Shown here piece after piece: positions 19,119 to 28,880 of a stretch of DNA of 64,000 bases; the first letter of the stretch is position 1, and every line of letters begins with the position of its first letter. This stretch comes from Clostridia bacterium (lineage in GTDB: Bacteria; Bacillota; Clostridia; Oscillospirales; CAG-272): contig JAFQKA010000001.1 of assembly GCA_017397175.1 (NCBI GenBank), forward strand, positions 81,439 to 145,438, written 5' to 3'. Position numbers and translations under genes: made by a program. Under the pieces are notes generated by a model, which did no database searches, was not told where the DNA came from, and saw only the letters and a list, made by a program, of their open reading frames with translations.

Positions 19119-19152
19119 TAAGAAAAAACGGCGGAAACGCCGTTTTTTCTTA
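19119..19152 (+). terminator. Intrinsic terminator
   Basis: TAAGAAAAAACGGCG-GAAA-CGCCGTTTTTTCTTA. Confidence 0.9.
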
Positions 19153-19294
19153 TACGCTCATATGATTTTGAGCGTTGTTTACATGATTATGCAAATGTAA
19201 GTCAACAAATTGTATTAAATTCACAAAAAGTTCTTGACAGAACGCCCCAAATATGACAAAATATAGATGTAATTTTTTTTGAGAGGTATATACT

Positions 19295-22132
19295 ATGAGA
19301 ACAACCGTGGTGAAATTTTTATGCTCTGTTCTTGTTGCGGCAATGATGATGTCATCTTTTGTCATTCTTCCCGTGTCTGCTGCGGAGCTTGCTCCTATGC
19401 CCGACCCCACCGAAGATTACACGAGCGGTGTATTCATCGTCTGTCGTACGATAGATGAGAGCGGTAACGAAACCGATCCCTTGCGATATAAGGGCGGAGA
19501 TAAGGTCATCTTTGAGCTGGCGGCATATGACAAGGAGCTGAACCGCCTTGCGGTAGGGGGCTTTACCTATTCGCTTTATGACGATGCTCACGGAAACGAG
19601 GCTTTTGCCGTTGGATCTGTCAAGGCGGACTCCGCAACGGGGGTCGGTCTGGTTGAAACCACGGCTATGGATCAGCCGGGTATGCTCCGCATTACCGCAG
19701 ATATCGCTGACGCAGAGGGAAATATGCTCCGTGAGTACAGAGCCGACAGCGGAAGGTCGCTTCTGCAGGGTGGTGTACTTGTTGATGTCGGAAATATCGG
19801 AACGGTAGTACAGGAGCCGGAGGATTTCGACCAATTTTGGGCGAATTCTATTGCACTGCTTCCCTCTGCCGATCTTGTCGGGCTGAGAGAGGTAGAGGTG
19901 CCCGAAAGAAAAAATATGTTTAAGGCATATGAGGTCTACGTTAAGTGTTACGGTCTTGAAAGCGATACGAAAAGCGGCGAGACCTTTACCGCAGGCTATC
20001 TGGCATTCCCCAAAGACGCAGCTAAGGGAAGTCTCGGTATAACCGTCACCTTCCAGGGACAGGGACTTTCTCCCATAGAGCCCAGATACGTGGATAACTT
20101 CATTACCTTCAACTGTCTGGCACACAGCGTTGATCTTGCCGAGCTTATAAAATATAAAACTGAGAATAATCCCGGTAGCAAGTCTGATTATTATAATCAT
20201 TTCCTCAATCTTGCCGAGGACGACAAAGCAGTCTGGGGTGAGGATACTTACGGTATGTCTCCTACGGTAAATGCAGACCGGGAGAAGGTATATTACCGTC
20301 AGATGCTTCTGCGCGACTACCAGGCTGTTGAGTTCCTGCTCAAATATTTCTCCTCCACGAGTGATGCAACGGAGTATAACGGCATTGATGTCGGCTCTTG
20401 GGCAGGACTTTGGAACGGTAAGGTCGTCGATGTGAACGGCGGAAGTCAGGGCGGCTTCCAGGCTATCGGCGTTGCGGCTCTGCACCCTGCTGTAACAAGT
20501 ATGTCCGCGTCCATTCCGTGGCTCTGTGACATCGGTGCTGGTACGACCAAGGATCCCGTTGATACCTATATTGGTTCCGGCAACCGTCCCGCATACGCCG
20601 CAGGCCTTGACTACGTTGACTCAGCCTTTTTGGCAAAGAGAATCACTTGCAAAACCGAAATTACAGCCGGTCTGGGCGATCCCACCTGTCCTCCCTCGGG
20701 TGTTATGGCTATGTATAACAACCTGGCAAATGATAAATCTGCACAGGACGGTCCGTATAGCTTAAAGTTCACGCAGAGCATGGTTCACGGATTTTCCAAG
20801 TTTTCCTCCGAGACGGATACTCAGAAAGCAATTGAAAAATTCATCGGCGATTACTCCTCTCACACTTTGAACGGGGCTTTTGGTTCCGACGATTATATTT
20901 ACAGTGTCGACGAAAGTGTGCTCAACATTATTTCGGAAAACGATAATGCTGTCCTTGAGGCTGATGAGGCTCTCGTTGATTTTGCCATAGCAAATGCTGA
21001 GAAGATCAAGACCATAGAGGTAGAGGGAAAATTCGATTGCATCAAACCTCTCAAGTCTCTTCTTGAAAAGCTTACAAGAGTTGAAAATATCAAGATCGAC
21101 GTTCGGACGACGAAAATTGCCGAGGGTGCGACAAACGTATTTGCCGGTGCCGCAAACCTTACGTCTCTCGGTCACGTTGAGTTTGATGCAATGGGCGCTC
21201 CCGTTGCCGATTCCGGCACATACAAGAAGGGGGAGATCTCGCTTGCGGGCTTTACCGGTATTGACGGAGTGGAAGGAATCCTTTCCGATGACCGCTCGAT
21301 AGAGACGGTAAGGGTTTCCGGCAACAGCATTCCCTCAAAGGCGTTTGCAAATTCCGTTTCTCTCAGGACTGTTTATTTACTTGACGTGATCGATACGGCA
21401 AATATTGCCGCAGATGCGTTTGCAGGCACCGGCGGTATCACGCTTATCGTTCGGAACGAGGCGGCAAAACTCGTCGTAGAAGAAACACTGGCAGAGCTTG
21501 ACATAACAAACGTAACGGTTTCTCTCACAGCGGAGGAAACAGGATTTGGCGACAAGACAGGCGCCGCAGGAACCGCTGCAAAGTGGAAGATCAAGGGAAG
21601 CACCCTTATCATCTCGGGCACAGGTGCTGTAACAAAGCTTGAAGGTTTTGCCGAAGAGGACAAGGAAAACATCAATAATATCGTTATTGCCGACGGTATC
21701 ACATCTATCAGTAGCGGTGTTATCAATGGCTTTACACTTGAAAGCGTAACTCTGAAGGGTGTAATTCTTCCTACAGCTGATGACAAGGTATTCGGTGATC
21801 AGTCTGCTGAATTTGTGGTATACGTAACTCCCGATGCACAGGACGTAGGCGAAACGATTTACGGCTACGTTGTGGAAGTCGACGGCGGAACAGCCGGCGA
21901 CCTTAGCGGCGACGGTTCGATAGATGCAGTAGATGCAGTTACTCTTGCTCAGGTTATTGCAGGCTGGGATATCGAGTACAACAAGAGCGCGGCAGACTGC
22001 AACGGTGACGGAGAAGTTAACGCAGTAGACGCGGTTCTTCTCGCTCAGTACATCGCAGGTTGGGACGTTGAGCTTGGTGTTACCGCAGGCGGCGGTGACA
22101 TTGAGATCCCCGGCGACGATCTGGTTGGATAA
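19295..22132 (+). CDS. Secreted CE7-like acetyl esterase with BspA-type LRR region and C-terminal dockerin
   Basis: Signal peptide; EPEDFDQFW, GGSQGG nucleophile, GLGDPTCPP, MVHG; AF..-type LRRs; GDLSGDGSIDAVDA / DCNGDGEVNAVDA dockerin repeats. Confidence 0.85.
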   Translation: MRTTVVKFLCSVLVAAMMMSSFVILPVSAAELAPMPDPTEDYTSGVFIVCRTIDESGNETDPLRYKGGDKVIFELAAYDKELNRLAVGGFTYSLYDDAHGNEAFAVGSVKADSATGVGLVETTAMDQPGMLRITADIADAEGNMLREYRADSGRSLLQGGVLVDVGNIGTVVQEPEDFDQFWANSIALLPSADLVGLREVEVPERKNMFKAYEVYVKCYGLESDTKSGETFTAGYLAFPKDAAKGSLGITVTFQGQGLSPIEPRYVDNFITFNCLAHSVDLAELIKYKTENNPGSKSDYYNHFLNLAEDDKAVWGEDTYGMSPTVNADREKVYYRQMLLRDYQAVEFLLKYFSSTSDATEYNGIDVGSWAGLWNGKVVDVNGGSQGGFQAIGVAALHPAVTSMSASIPWLCDIGAGTTKDPVDTYIGSGNRPAYAAGLDYVDSAFLAKRITCKTEITAGLGDPTCPPSGVMAMYNNLANDKSAQDGPYSLKFTQSMVHGFSKFSSETDTQKAIEKFIGDYSSHTLNGAFGSDDYIYSVDESVLNIISENDNAVLEADEALVDFAIANAEKIKTIEVEGKFDCIKPLKSLLEKLTRVENIKIDVRTTKIAEGATNVFAGAANLTSLGHVEFDAMGAPVADSGTYKKGEISLAGFTGIDGVEGILSDDRSIETVRVSGNSIPSKAFANSVSLRTVYLLDVIDTANIAADAFAGTGGITLIVRNEAAKLVVEETLAELDITNVTVSLTAEETGFGDKTGAAGTAAKWKIKGSTLIISGTGAVTKLEGFAEEDKENINNIVIADGITSISSGVINGFTLESVTLKGVILPTADDKVFGDQSAEFVVYVTPDAQDVGETIYGYVVEVDGGTAGDLSGDGSIDAVDAVTLAQVIAGWDIEYNKSAADCNGDGEVNAVDAVLLAQYIAGWDVELGVTAGGGDIEIPGDDLVG

Positions 22133-22140
22133 ATAATTTT

Positions 22141-22176
22141 GGAGGACTTTTCAAAGAAGAAAAGTCCTCCTTTTTG
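22141..22176 (+). terminator. Intrinsic terminator
   Basis: GGAGGACTTTTC-AAAGAA-GAAAAGTCCTCC-TTTTT. Confidence 0.85.
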
Positions 22177-22194
22177 CAACTTTTTTAAAAGGTG

Positions 22195-22223
22195 TTGACA
22201 AAATATTTTTTTTGTGGTAAAAT
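22195..22223 (+). promoter_or_regulatory. Sigma-A promoter of the valS leader
   Basis: TTGACA-17 nt-TAAAAT with TG extension. Confidence 0.85.
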
Positions 22224-22237
22224 GTCCTCATGTTAAA

Positions 22238-22490
22238 CGCAGTGATGAGAAGTAGTAGTCCTTTTGACTGACCCAAAGAGAGCGGACGGTTGGTGCGAGT
22301 CCGCGGCAGAGAAGGGTGAAGTAGTCTCGGAGCGGTCGGGGTGAATGTCCTTGCGGCTATTAAGTCCGAACGTGTGCTCACGTTACAGAGCTTCCGCTTT
22401 ATTGAGCGGTCAGAGTGCGTACTTTGCAAAAAGTGCGAAATCAGGTGGTACCACGTGTTCTGCGTCCTGAACGGATGCGGAACTTTTTTG
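22238..22490 (+). ncRNA. T-box riboswitch (Val)
   Basis: Stem I motifs AGTAG, AGAGA, GGTG.GA; specifier GAA-GTA (Val) at 22321; T-box AGGTGGTACCACG 22443-22455; terminator GTTCTGCGTCC/GGATGCGGAAC plus T run; upstream of valS. Confidence 0.93.
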
Positions 22491-22528
22491 TTTTTAATTA
22501 AGAATTTATATAAAAAAGAGGTATTGAT

Positions 22529-25168
22529 ATGACAAATCACGAGCTCCCCAAAACATATTCGCCTCGGGATTTCGAGGACAGAATATATCAGAATTGGTGC
22601 GAAAAGGGATATTTTACGCCCGATCGCAAAAATCCCAATCCTTCATACTCTATTGTAATTCCCCCTCCCAACATCACCGGTCAGCTCCACATGGGACACG
22701 CCCTTGACAACACATTGCAGGATATTCTTATCCGCTACAAGAGAATGCAGGGCTTTTGCACCCTGTGGCTTCCCGGTACCGACCATGCGTCTATCGCCAC
22801 CGAGGCGAAGATAGTTGAGGCTATGAGAAAAGAGGGGCTGAGCAAGAGCGACCTTGGCCGTGAAAAGTTCCTTGAGCGCGCCTGGGCTTGGAAAGAGCAG
22901 TACGGCGGACGCATCGTTTCTCAGCTGAAGAAAATGGGCTCGTCATGTGACTGGTCCCGCGAGCGCTTTACCCTTGACGAGGGCTGTTCCGACGCTGTCA
23001 AAGAGGTTTTTGTTCGTCTCTATAACAAGGGACTTATTTACCGCGGCGAGAGGATCATCAACTGGTGTCCTCACTGCAAGACCTCTATTTCAAACGCCGA
23101 GGTTTCCTACGAGGAACAGCAGGGCCATTTCTGGCATATTAAATACCCTTTGGTTGGCGGAGGCGGCTTCCTTGAGGTTGCCACCACCCGTCCCGAAACG
23201 CTTCTTGGCGATACTGCCGTTGCGGTAAACCCCAACGATGAGCGTTACAAGGATCTTATCGGACGTTATTGCCTGCTGCCTTTGGTTGGTCGCCGTATCC
23301 CCATTGTTGGCGACGAGCACGCCGACCCCGAAAAGGGAACGGGTTGCGTAAAGATCACTCCCGCTCACGACCCCAACGACTTTGAGGTCGGTCGCCGTCA
23401 CAGCCTGCCCATGGAGGTATGCCTGACAGAGGACGCAAAGATCACCGACGCTTATCCTAAGTACGCGGGAATGGACCGCTACGAGGCAAGAAAGGCTATC
23501 GTAAAAGACCTTGAGGACGGCGGATTCCTTATGAGCATTGAAAATCTCAACCACGAGGTTGGCACCTGCTACCGTTGCAATACGACCATCGAGCCCATGA
23601 TCTCTCTGCAGTGGTTTGTAAAGATGGAGCCTCTTGCAAAGCCCGCGGTTGCGGCTGTACGCGAGGGCAAGATCCGTTTCGTCCCCGAGAGATTTGACAA
23701 AAACTACTTCCATTGGATGGAAAATACCCAGGATTGGTGTATCTCCCGTCAGCTTTGGTGGGGTCACAGAATTCCCGCCTTCTACTGCGACAAGTGCGGC
23801 GAGACCGTGGTCACAAAGGACGGCGAGGCTAAATGTCCCAAGTGCGGTGAGGCGATGCACCAGGATCCCGACACCCTTGACACTTGGTTCTCCTCCGCTC
23901 TTTGGCCCTTCTCTACAATGGGTTGGCCCGAGCAGACAGAGGATCTCAAGCGTTTCTTCCCCACAAATACACTTGTAACAGGCTATGATATCATCACTTT
24001 CTGGGTTTCCAGAATGATATTCTCCTCTCTTGAGTACACGGGCGAGATTCCCTTCGACACCGTTCTTATTCACGGTCTCGTTCGTGATGCCCAGGGAAGA
24101 AAAATGTCAAAATCCTTGGGCAACGGCATTGATCCTCTGGAGATCATCGACCAGTATGGTGCGGATGCCCTGAGATTTGCTTTGGCAACAGGTAACTCTC
24201 CCGGAAACGATATGCGTTTCTCGGACGAGAAGATCGAGGCTGCAAGAAACTTTGCAAACAAGCTCTGGAACGCTTCCAGATTCGTTCGTATGAACCTTAC
24301 CATTGACAGCGTTTCTCTGCCCGAAGCCGCTGATCTTGCAATGGAGGACAAGTGGATCCTGACAAAGCTCAACGAGACGGTCGCAACGGTAACCAAGGCT
24401 CTTGACAGCTACGAGATTGGCGTTGCGCTCTCCGCGCTTTACGATTTCATTTGGGATATCTTCTGCGACTGGTACATCGAGCTTGCAAAGATCCGTTTTG
24501 CCGAAAAGGATACAAAGGAGAACCTCATTTGCCAGAACGTTATTTGCTACGTTCTCACCGAGACCCTCAAGCTCCTGCACCCCTTCATGCCCTTTATCAC
24601 CGAGGAGATCTATCAGTCCTTGCCTCATGACAAGGAAAGCATTATGATAAGTCAGTACCCTGCGGCAAAGGACGAGCTTAATTTTGCCGAGGATGCTGAA
24701 AGAATGAACCGCGTTATCGGTGCTATCCGCGCGATAAGAGCAAGAAGAAACGAGATGAATATCGTTCCTTCAAGAAAGGCAAAAGTATACATTGCTACAA
24801 AGTACGCAGACAGCTTCAATGCTGACAGTGCTATCTTCTTCACTCGTTTGGCGTCCGCTTCCGAGGTTGAGATCGCAGAGAGCTTTGACGGAGTTATCTC
24901 CGGTGACGATTCGGTTCAGATCGTAACCGACGCCGCAAGCATCTTCCTGCCCCTTTCCGACATTATCGACGCAGATAAGGAAAGAGAGAAGCTGAATGCT
25001 GACAAGACAAAGACCCTGGGCGAGATAGAGCGACTTGAAAAGAAGCTTTCAAACGAGGGCTTTGTGGCAAAAGCTCCCGCCGCTGTTGTTGAAGGCGAAA
25101 AGGCAAAGCTGGCTAAGTACCGCGACACCCTTGCAGGTATCGAAGCGGCCTTGGCAAAGCTGAAATAA
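22529..25168 (+). CDS. valS: Valine--tRNA ligase
   Basis: PPPNITGQLHMGH, DWCISRQLWWGH, KMSKS, C-terminal coiled coil. Confidence 0.99.
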   Translation: MTNHELPKTYSPRDFEDRIYQNWCEKGYFTPDRKNPNPSYSIVIPPPNITGQLHMGHALDNTLQDILIRYKRMQGFCTLWLPGTDHASIATEAKIVEAMRKEGLSKSDLGREKFLERAWAWKEQYGGRIVSQLKKMGSSCDWSRERFTLDEGCSDAVKEVFVRLYNKGLIYRGERIINWCPHCKTSISNAEVSYEEQQGHFWHIKYPLVGGGGFLEVATTRPETLLGDTAVAVNPNDERYKDLIGRYCLLPLVGRRIPIVGDEHADPEKGTGCVKITPAHDPNDFEVGRRHSLPMEVCLTEDAKITDAYPKYAGMDRYEARKAIVKDLEDGGFLMSIENLNHEVGTCYRCNTTIEPMISLQWFVKMEPLAKPAVAAVREGKIRFVPERFDKNYFHWMENTQDWCISRQLWWGHRIPAFYCDKCGETVVTKDGEAKCPKCGEAMHQDPDTLDTWFSSALWPFSTMGWPEQTEDLKRFFPTNTLVTGYDIITFWVSRMIFSSLEYTGEIPFDTVLIHGLVRDAQGRKMSKSLGNGIDPLEIIDQYGADALRFALATGNSPGNDMRFSDEKIEAARNFANKLWNASRFVRMNLTIDSVSLPEAADLAMEDKWILTKLNETVATVTKALDSYEIGVALSALYDFIWDIFCDWYIELAKIRFAEKDTKENLICQNVICYVLTETLKLLHPFMPFITEEIYQSLPHDKESIMISQYPAAKDELNFAEDAERMNRVIGAIRAIRARRNEMNIVPSRKAKVYIATKYADSFNADSAIFFTRLASASEVEIAESFDGVISGDDSVQIVTDAASIFLPLSDIIDADKEREKLNADKTKTLGEIERLEKKLSNEGFVAKAPAAVVEGEKAKLAKYRDTLAGIEAALAKLK

Positions 25169-25174
25169 AAAAGA

Positions 25175-25207
25175 AAAGGTGTCACCCGAAAGGGTGACAC
25201 CTTTTTT
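25175..25207 (+). terminator. Intrinsic terminator of valS
   Basis: AAAAGGTGTCACCC-GAAA-GGGTGACACCTTTT. Confidence 0.9.
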
Positions 25208-25210
25208 GCG

Positions 25211-25350
25211 GAAGTTTTAGCCCGCCTTTTTTAAAAGGCGGCGCGGTGGAGGGCGCGGAGCCATCCTCGCTCCCCGCAGGGAGCGAAAAAACCTTTGGGC
25301 GTTTTTGTTAGCTTTTTCTTTGCGCCTTCTGCTTGCAAAGAAAAAGCGGC
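25211..25350. repeat. GC-rich multi-hairpin intergenic element (REP/MITE-like)
   Basis: Four stems: 25222-25241, 25248-25266, 25267-25286, 25311-25347; begins AAGTTTT like the 45-bp element. Confidence 0.6.
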
Positions 25351-25378
25351 AGACAGTCTGTGTTATCTGATAGTCTTA

Positions 25379-26020
25379 TTAAAGCTTTGAGTAACCAAAG
25401 CAGTTTACAAGACCGTCGATCTTCTTGCGCTCCTTACATTGCGGGCACTCGTGAGAGGGGTGGCTTGCGTATCCGTCCAGGTCGCGGGGATTGAAGATCG
25501 AGCGGACGGGGTGACCCATGCATTCGTCAACGGTGGAGAAGATAGAGCAAACTCCCGCCACGTTTCCGCCGTAATACTGAATCGCTTCGATCGCTGCTCT
25601 TGCGGTGTAACCCGTTGCCACAGACGCCGCCAGGATAAGCACGTTTTTGCCCATTATCATAGGGGCCAGATTGTCGCGGAAGATCAGCTGACTGCCCGTG
25701 GTATGCTCGGGGGTCAGAACGTAGATGGTCTGATGAGCATTCATATTGACAAAATCCTCGCGAGTAAGCTCCTCCGCGAGGCAGGTGCCGATGACCTCGG
25801 TGCCGTCAAGGCAGAGGATTGTATCAACGATGGTGCTGTGGTTGTAGTAGGAAACAAGCTCCTTTGCGACAGCCTGGGCCTCGGAAAGACGTGTTTTTTG
25901 TATAGTTACGTCGATATAGTAGTTTATATGGCTGTGGCTTGTGGCAAAGTGACCGGGAACCACGCGCAGCATGAGGTTTTTATGTTTTGTTCGGATTTTG
26001 AAAGCCTTTTCGGACATCAT
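25379..26020 (-). CDS. Type I phosphoribosyltransferase-fold protein (OPRT-like) with degenerate PRPP loop
   Basis: GHF...HSHINYY; GKNVLILAASVATG where canonical enzymes have VLIVDDV.TTG; C-terminal ECPQC. Confidence 0.7.
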   Translation of the reverse strand: MMSEKAFKIRTKHKNLMLRVVPGHFATSHSHINYYIDVTIQKTRLSEAQAVAKELVSYYNHSTIVDTILCLDGTEVIGTCLAEELTREDFVNMNAHQTIYVLTPEHTTGSQLIFRDNLAPMIMGKNVLILAASVATGYTARAAIEAIQYYGGNVAGVCSIFSTVDECMGHPVRSIFNPRDLDGYASHPSHECPQCKERKKIDGLVNCFGYSKL

Positions 26021-26042
26021 AGTTGAAAACTCCTTTTCTTTT

Positions 26043-26071
26043 ATTGTACCATGAATAGGTCAATATGTCAA
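26043..26071 (-). promoter_or_regulatory. Sigma-A promoter for the PRTase-like gene
   Basis: TTGACA-17 nt-TACAAT with TG extension on the minus strand. Confidence 0.75.
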
Positions 26072-26164
26072 TAAAAAACATGTCGAATATCAAATTTTTG
26101 TGCATGACGCACAAACAATTGCAGTGAATAAAAAGCCACGTTGTAGGGGCGACCAAGGGGGCTG

Positions 26165-27241
26165 TCAGAACAATTCTATCAATTCTTTGGGACTTTGTGT
26201 AAAATTGCGGATGCCGTCTTTTGTGACAGCAACCATATCTTCGATACGGCAGCCGTACTTGCCTTCGATGTAAATACCCGGCTCGACCGTCACTACGTTT
26301 CCGACAGCGAGAGTGGTACCTTCCTTTACACCCGAGGAAACACGGGGAGATTCGTGGATATAAAGTCCTACGCCGTGGCCCAGACCGTGACCGAAGCAAC
26401 CCTTGTATCCTGCATTGTCGATGATATCGCGGGCAATTTTGTCTATCTTTGCGTTTTCCGCGCCCTCGTGAATTGCCTCAAGTGCGGCAAGCTGAGCGGA
26501 AAGAACCGTGTTGTAGAGCTTTTTCATGTCTGCGTCAGCCTTTCCGAGCACTACGGTTCGTGTCATGTCGGAGCAATATCCATCAAGACGCGCACCGAAG
26601 TCCATGGTGAAAAATCCCTTTTCAAGCTTTCTTGCCTGAGGAACGCCGTGGGGCAGGGAGGAGGAAGCGCCCGAAACCGCAATAGTATCAAACGCTGTGG
26701 ACTGAGCGCCCATACGGCGCATGAAAAATTCAAGCTCAAGAGCGACCTCAAGCTCGGTCATTTCGGGCTTGATGAATTCAAGAATGTGAGCAAAAGCCGC
26801 GTCTGTGATCTTCTGTGCGGCGTTGATCTTTTCAAGCTCTGCTTCCGTCTTTACCTCGCGGAGCGTGGAAAGAACGTCTGTGCCGCCGGGCACAAGCTCG
26901 CAGCCCTTGAAAAGGTCGGCAAAGCGGGCGTGATCGGCGCAGGAAACGAATCCGTCCTCGAACATAAGCTTTTTAACGCCGTTTTCCTCGAGAAGAGAAG
27001 CTATCTCGATGAGCATTCTGTTCTGGGGAACAACGATCTCAAACTCGTCGGAAACAGCTGCCTTTGCAGCCTCCGCATAGCGGAAATCGGTGATGACGTA
27101 GGATTTGTTGCGGGTTACGAGCACAAATCCGTCGGTGTAATCAAAATTTGTCAGATAAAAGATGTTAAGCTCGGAGGAAACGAACATGCCGTCCACGTCG
27201 GGAGCGAGTGCGTTGAGAAGTCTTTCTTTTGCTGTTTTCAT
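26165..27241 (-). CDS. Xaa-Pro aminopeptidase (M24B); alternative TTG start at 27262
   Basis: TDFRY, MDFGA..DGYCSDMTRT, FGHGLGHGVGL.IHE, TVEPGIY, RIEDMV. Confidence 0.93.
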   Translation of the reverse strand: MKTAKERLLNALAPDVDGMFVSSELNIFYLTNFDYTDGFVLVTRNKSYVITDFRYAEAAKAAVSDEFEIVVPQNRMLIEIASLLEENGVKKLMFEDGFVSCADHARFADLFKGCELVPGGTDVLSTLREVKTEAELEKINAAQKITDAAFAHILEFIKPEMTELEVALELEFFMRRMGAQSTAFDTIAVSGASSSLPHGVPQARKLEKGFFTMDFGARLDGYCSDMTRTVVLGKADADMKKLYNTVLSAQLAALEAIHEGAENAKIDKIARDIIDNAGYKGCFGHGLGHGVGLYIHESPRVSSGVKEGTTLAVGNVVTVEPGIYIEGKYGCRIEDMVAVTKDGIRNFTQSPKELIELF

Positions 27242-27258
27242 GGTAGGTAAAAATCCTT

Positions 27259-28104
27259 TCAAAATTCGCCGTAGCAGGCTTTTTTCATGTATAGCGCGTC
27301 CTCTGCCATGGTTCCGGCAGATTCGCAGATGATTCGAGGGGTGAGGCCGTATTTTACGATGACCTCGCCAAGCGGCTCAAACTGAGGGCCGTACTGGGTG
27401 TCGTCGAAGGTCAGGTGTTTTTTCTCACCTGCCTTTGTGTATTCGATCTTCGAGAAATGGCAGTGGAGATTTTTGGCGTAATCGTCGCCCAAGACCTCAC
27501 CGATGCGGTCAAAAATACGCTTGTAGGAATCGCTGTCGGTAAAATATCCCAGCTCGCAGGCGTTGAGATGACCGAAATCGACTACGGGGTAGAAGCATTT
27601 TGCTACCTTGCAAAGGTCAAGTACCTCGTCAAGGGTTCCAAGCTGATTTATTTTACCCATAGTCTCAAGACCTATGTGAATAGGCGTTTCACCCATTTCG
27701 TCCGCAACTCTCTCAAGGGTATCACGAGCCAGCGCCATAGCCTCCTCGCGGGAGATCTTGGCGGCAGAGCCGCTGTGCACGACTATCGTGTCCGCACCCA
27801 GCAATTCTGCAGCGGCAAGGCTGTCTCGAATGTAATCAAGGCTTTTTAAGCGTTTTTCCTGCTCCACGCCCGAAAGGGAGATAAAATAGGGGGTATGCAG
27901 GGACATGAGAATGCCGTGCTCCTTTGCCTTTTCTCCGATGGCGCGAAGGGTCGCCTCGCCCGTTCTCAGGCCGTTGCCTGCCTGGTATTCGTATGCGTCA
28001 AGTCCCATTTTCTCGAGCCAGCCGGGGGCTTGAAGGGTAGATTTCATACCTTGCGCGTAAAAGCTCTCGCTGTTACCGCCCGGTCCGAAGGTTGCTCTTT
28101 TCAT
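27259..28104 (-). CDS. Endonuclease IV-like TIM-barrel protein (AP endonuclease 2 family)
   Basis: SLHTPYFISL, VVHSG, GLETMGK..QLG, VDFGH, HCHFS, IICES. Confidence 0.85.
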   Translation of the reverse strand: MKRATFGPGGNSESFYAQGMKSTLQAPGWLEKMGLDAYEYQAGNGLRTGEATLRAIGEKAKEHGILMSLHTPYFISLSGVEQEKRLKSLDYIRDSLAAAELLGADTIVVHSGSAAKISREEAMALARDTLERVADEMGETPIHIGLETMGKINQLGTLDEVLDLCKVAKCFYPVVDFGHLNACELGYFTDSDSYKRIFDRIGEVLGDDYAKNLHCHFSKIEYTKAGEKKHLTFDDTQYGPQFEPLGEVIVKYGLTPRIICESAGTMAEDALYMKKACYGEF

Positions 28105-28173
28105 TTTTGTACCTCTGTTTTTTAAAGATAACGGTCGAATTTCAGAGAAATCCGACCGTGAGTTTGTCATCTA

Positions 28174-28692
28174 TCATGTGTAAAACTGCTTTTTGACCTG
28201 CTCACGTTTGAACTGTCTCAAAACGGGTTTTTCAAGCAGACGCTTGAAACGGAAGAATAAAGTCTTTTTGTCCTTTATCGGCGGCACGAGAATGGCTTTG
28301 ACACCAAGACGCTTGCCCGCAAACACGTCCGTAAATATCTGATCTCCGAGAACTGCCGCATCGGCTATGTCCTTTTTATACTGCATAAGCGCGTGACGGT
28401 AGCATTTTGTGGAGGGTTTTTTTGCGTCGTAGTAGGCGGGAACGTGCAAGGGTCTGGCGAATCTCACCACTCTGTCCGCATGATTGTTTGACACGAGAAT
28501 GAGAGTTATACCTGCCGCAGCCAGGGAATTTGCCCAGGCGATTATTCTGTCGTCGGGGTCGGGCATCTCGTAGGGTGCCAGCGTATTATCTATATCTGCA
28601 AGTACCGTTTTTATTTCCGCCGAAGCAAGAAATTCGGGGGTCACCTCGGTGAAAGAGCGGAACATATAGTCCGGCATAAACAAAGAAAACAT
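28174..28692 (-). CDS. YqeG-family HAD IIIA phosphatase
   Basis: DIDNTL, VSNN, AKKP, GDQIFTDV. Confidence 0.9.
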   Translation of the reverse strand: MFSLFMPDYMFRSFTEVTPEFLASAEIKTVLADIDNTLAPYEMPDPDDRIIAWANSLAAAGITLILVSNNHADRVVRFARPLHVPAYYDAKKPSTKCYRHALMQYKKDIADAAVLGDQIFTDVFAGKRLGVKAILVPPIKDKKTLFFRFKRLLEKPVLRQFKREQVKKQFYT

Positions 28693-28880
28693 TAAAAATC
28701 CAATCCTTATTTCTGAATGGCCGCGTTTGCGGCAACGGATATTTTAACATAATTTTCGGATAATATCAAGAGTTTTTCTTCAAAAAGTATGTTTTTTGAG
28801 GTTGAAAAGGCAAAAAGTATTGAAAAAAAGTCAAAAATGTGGTATTATATACAATGTATAACTGTTTTTACGGAGTGAAG

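Noticed and set aside
19154-19200. Two small hairpins / possible cre site before the esterase gene
   Set aside because: Short stems and a poor match to the cre consensus; not supportable.
22341-22532. 63-aa ORF as a valS leader peptide
   Set aside because: Overlaps the T-box riboswitch, which fully explains the region.
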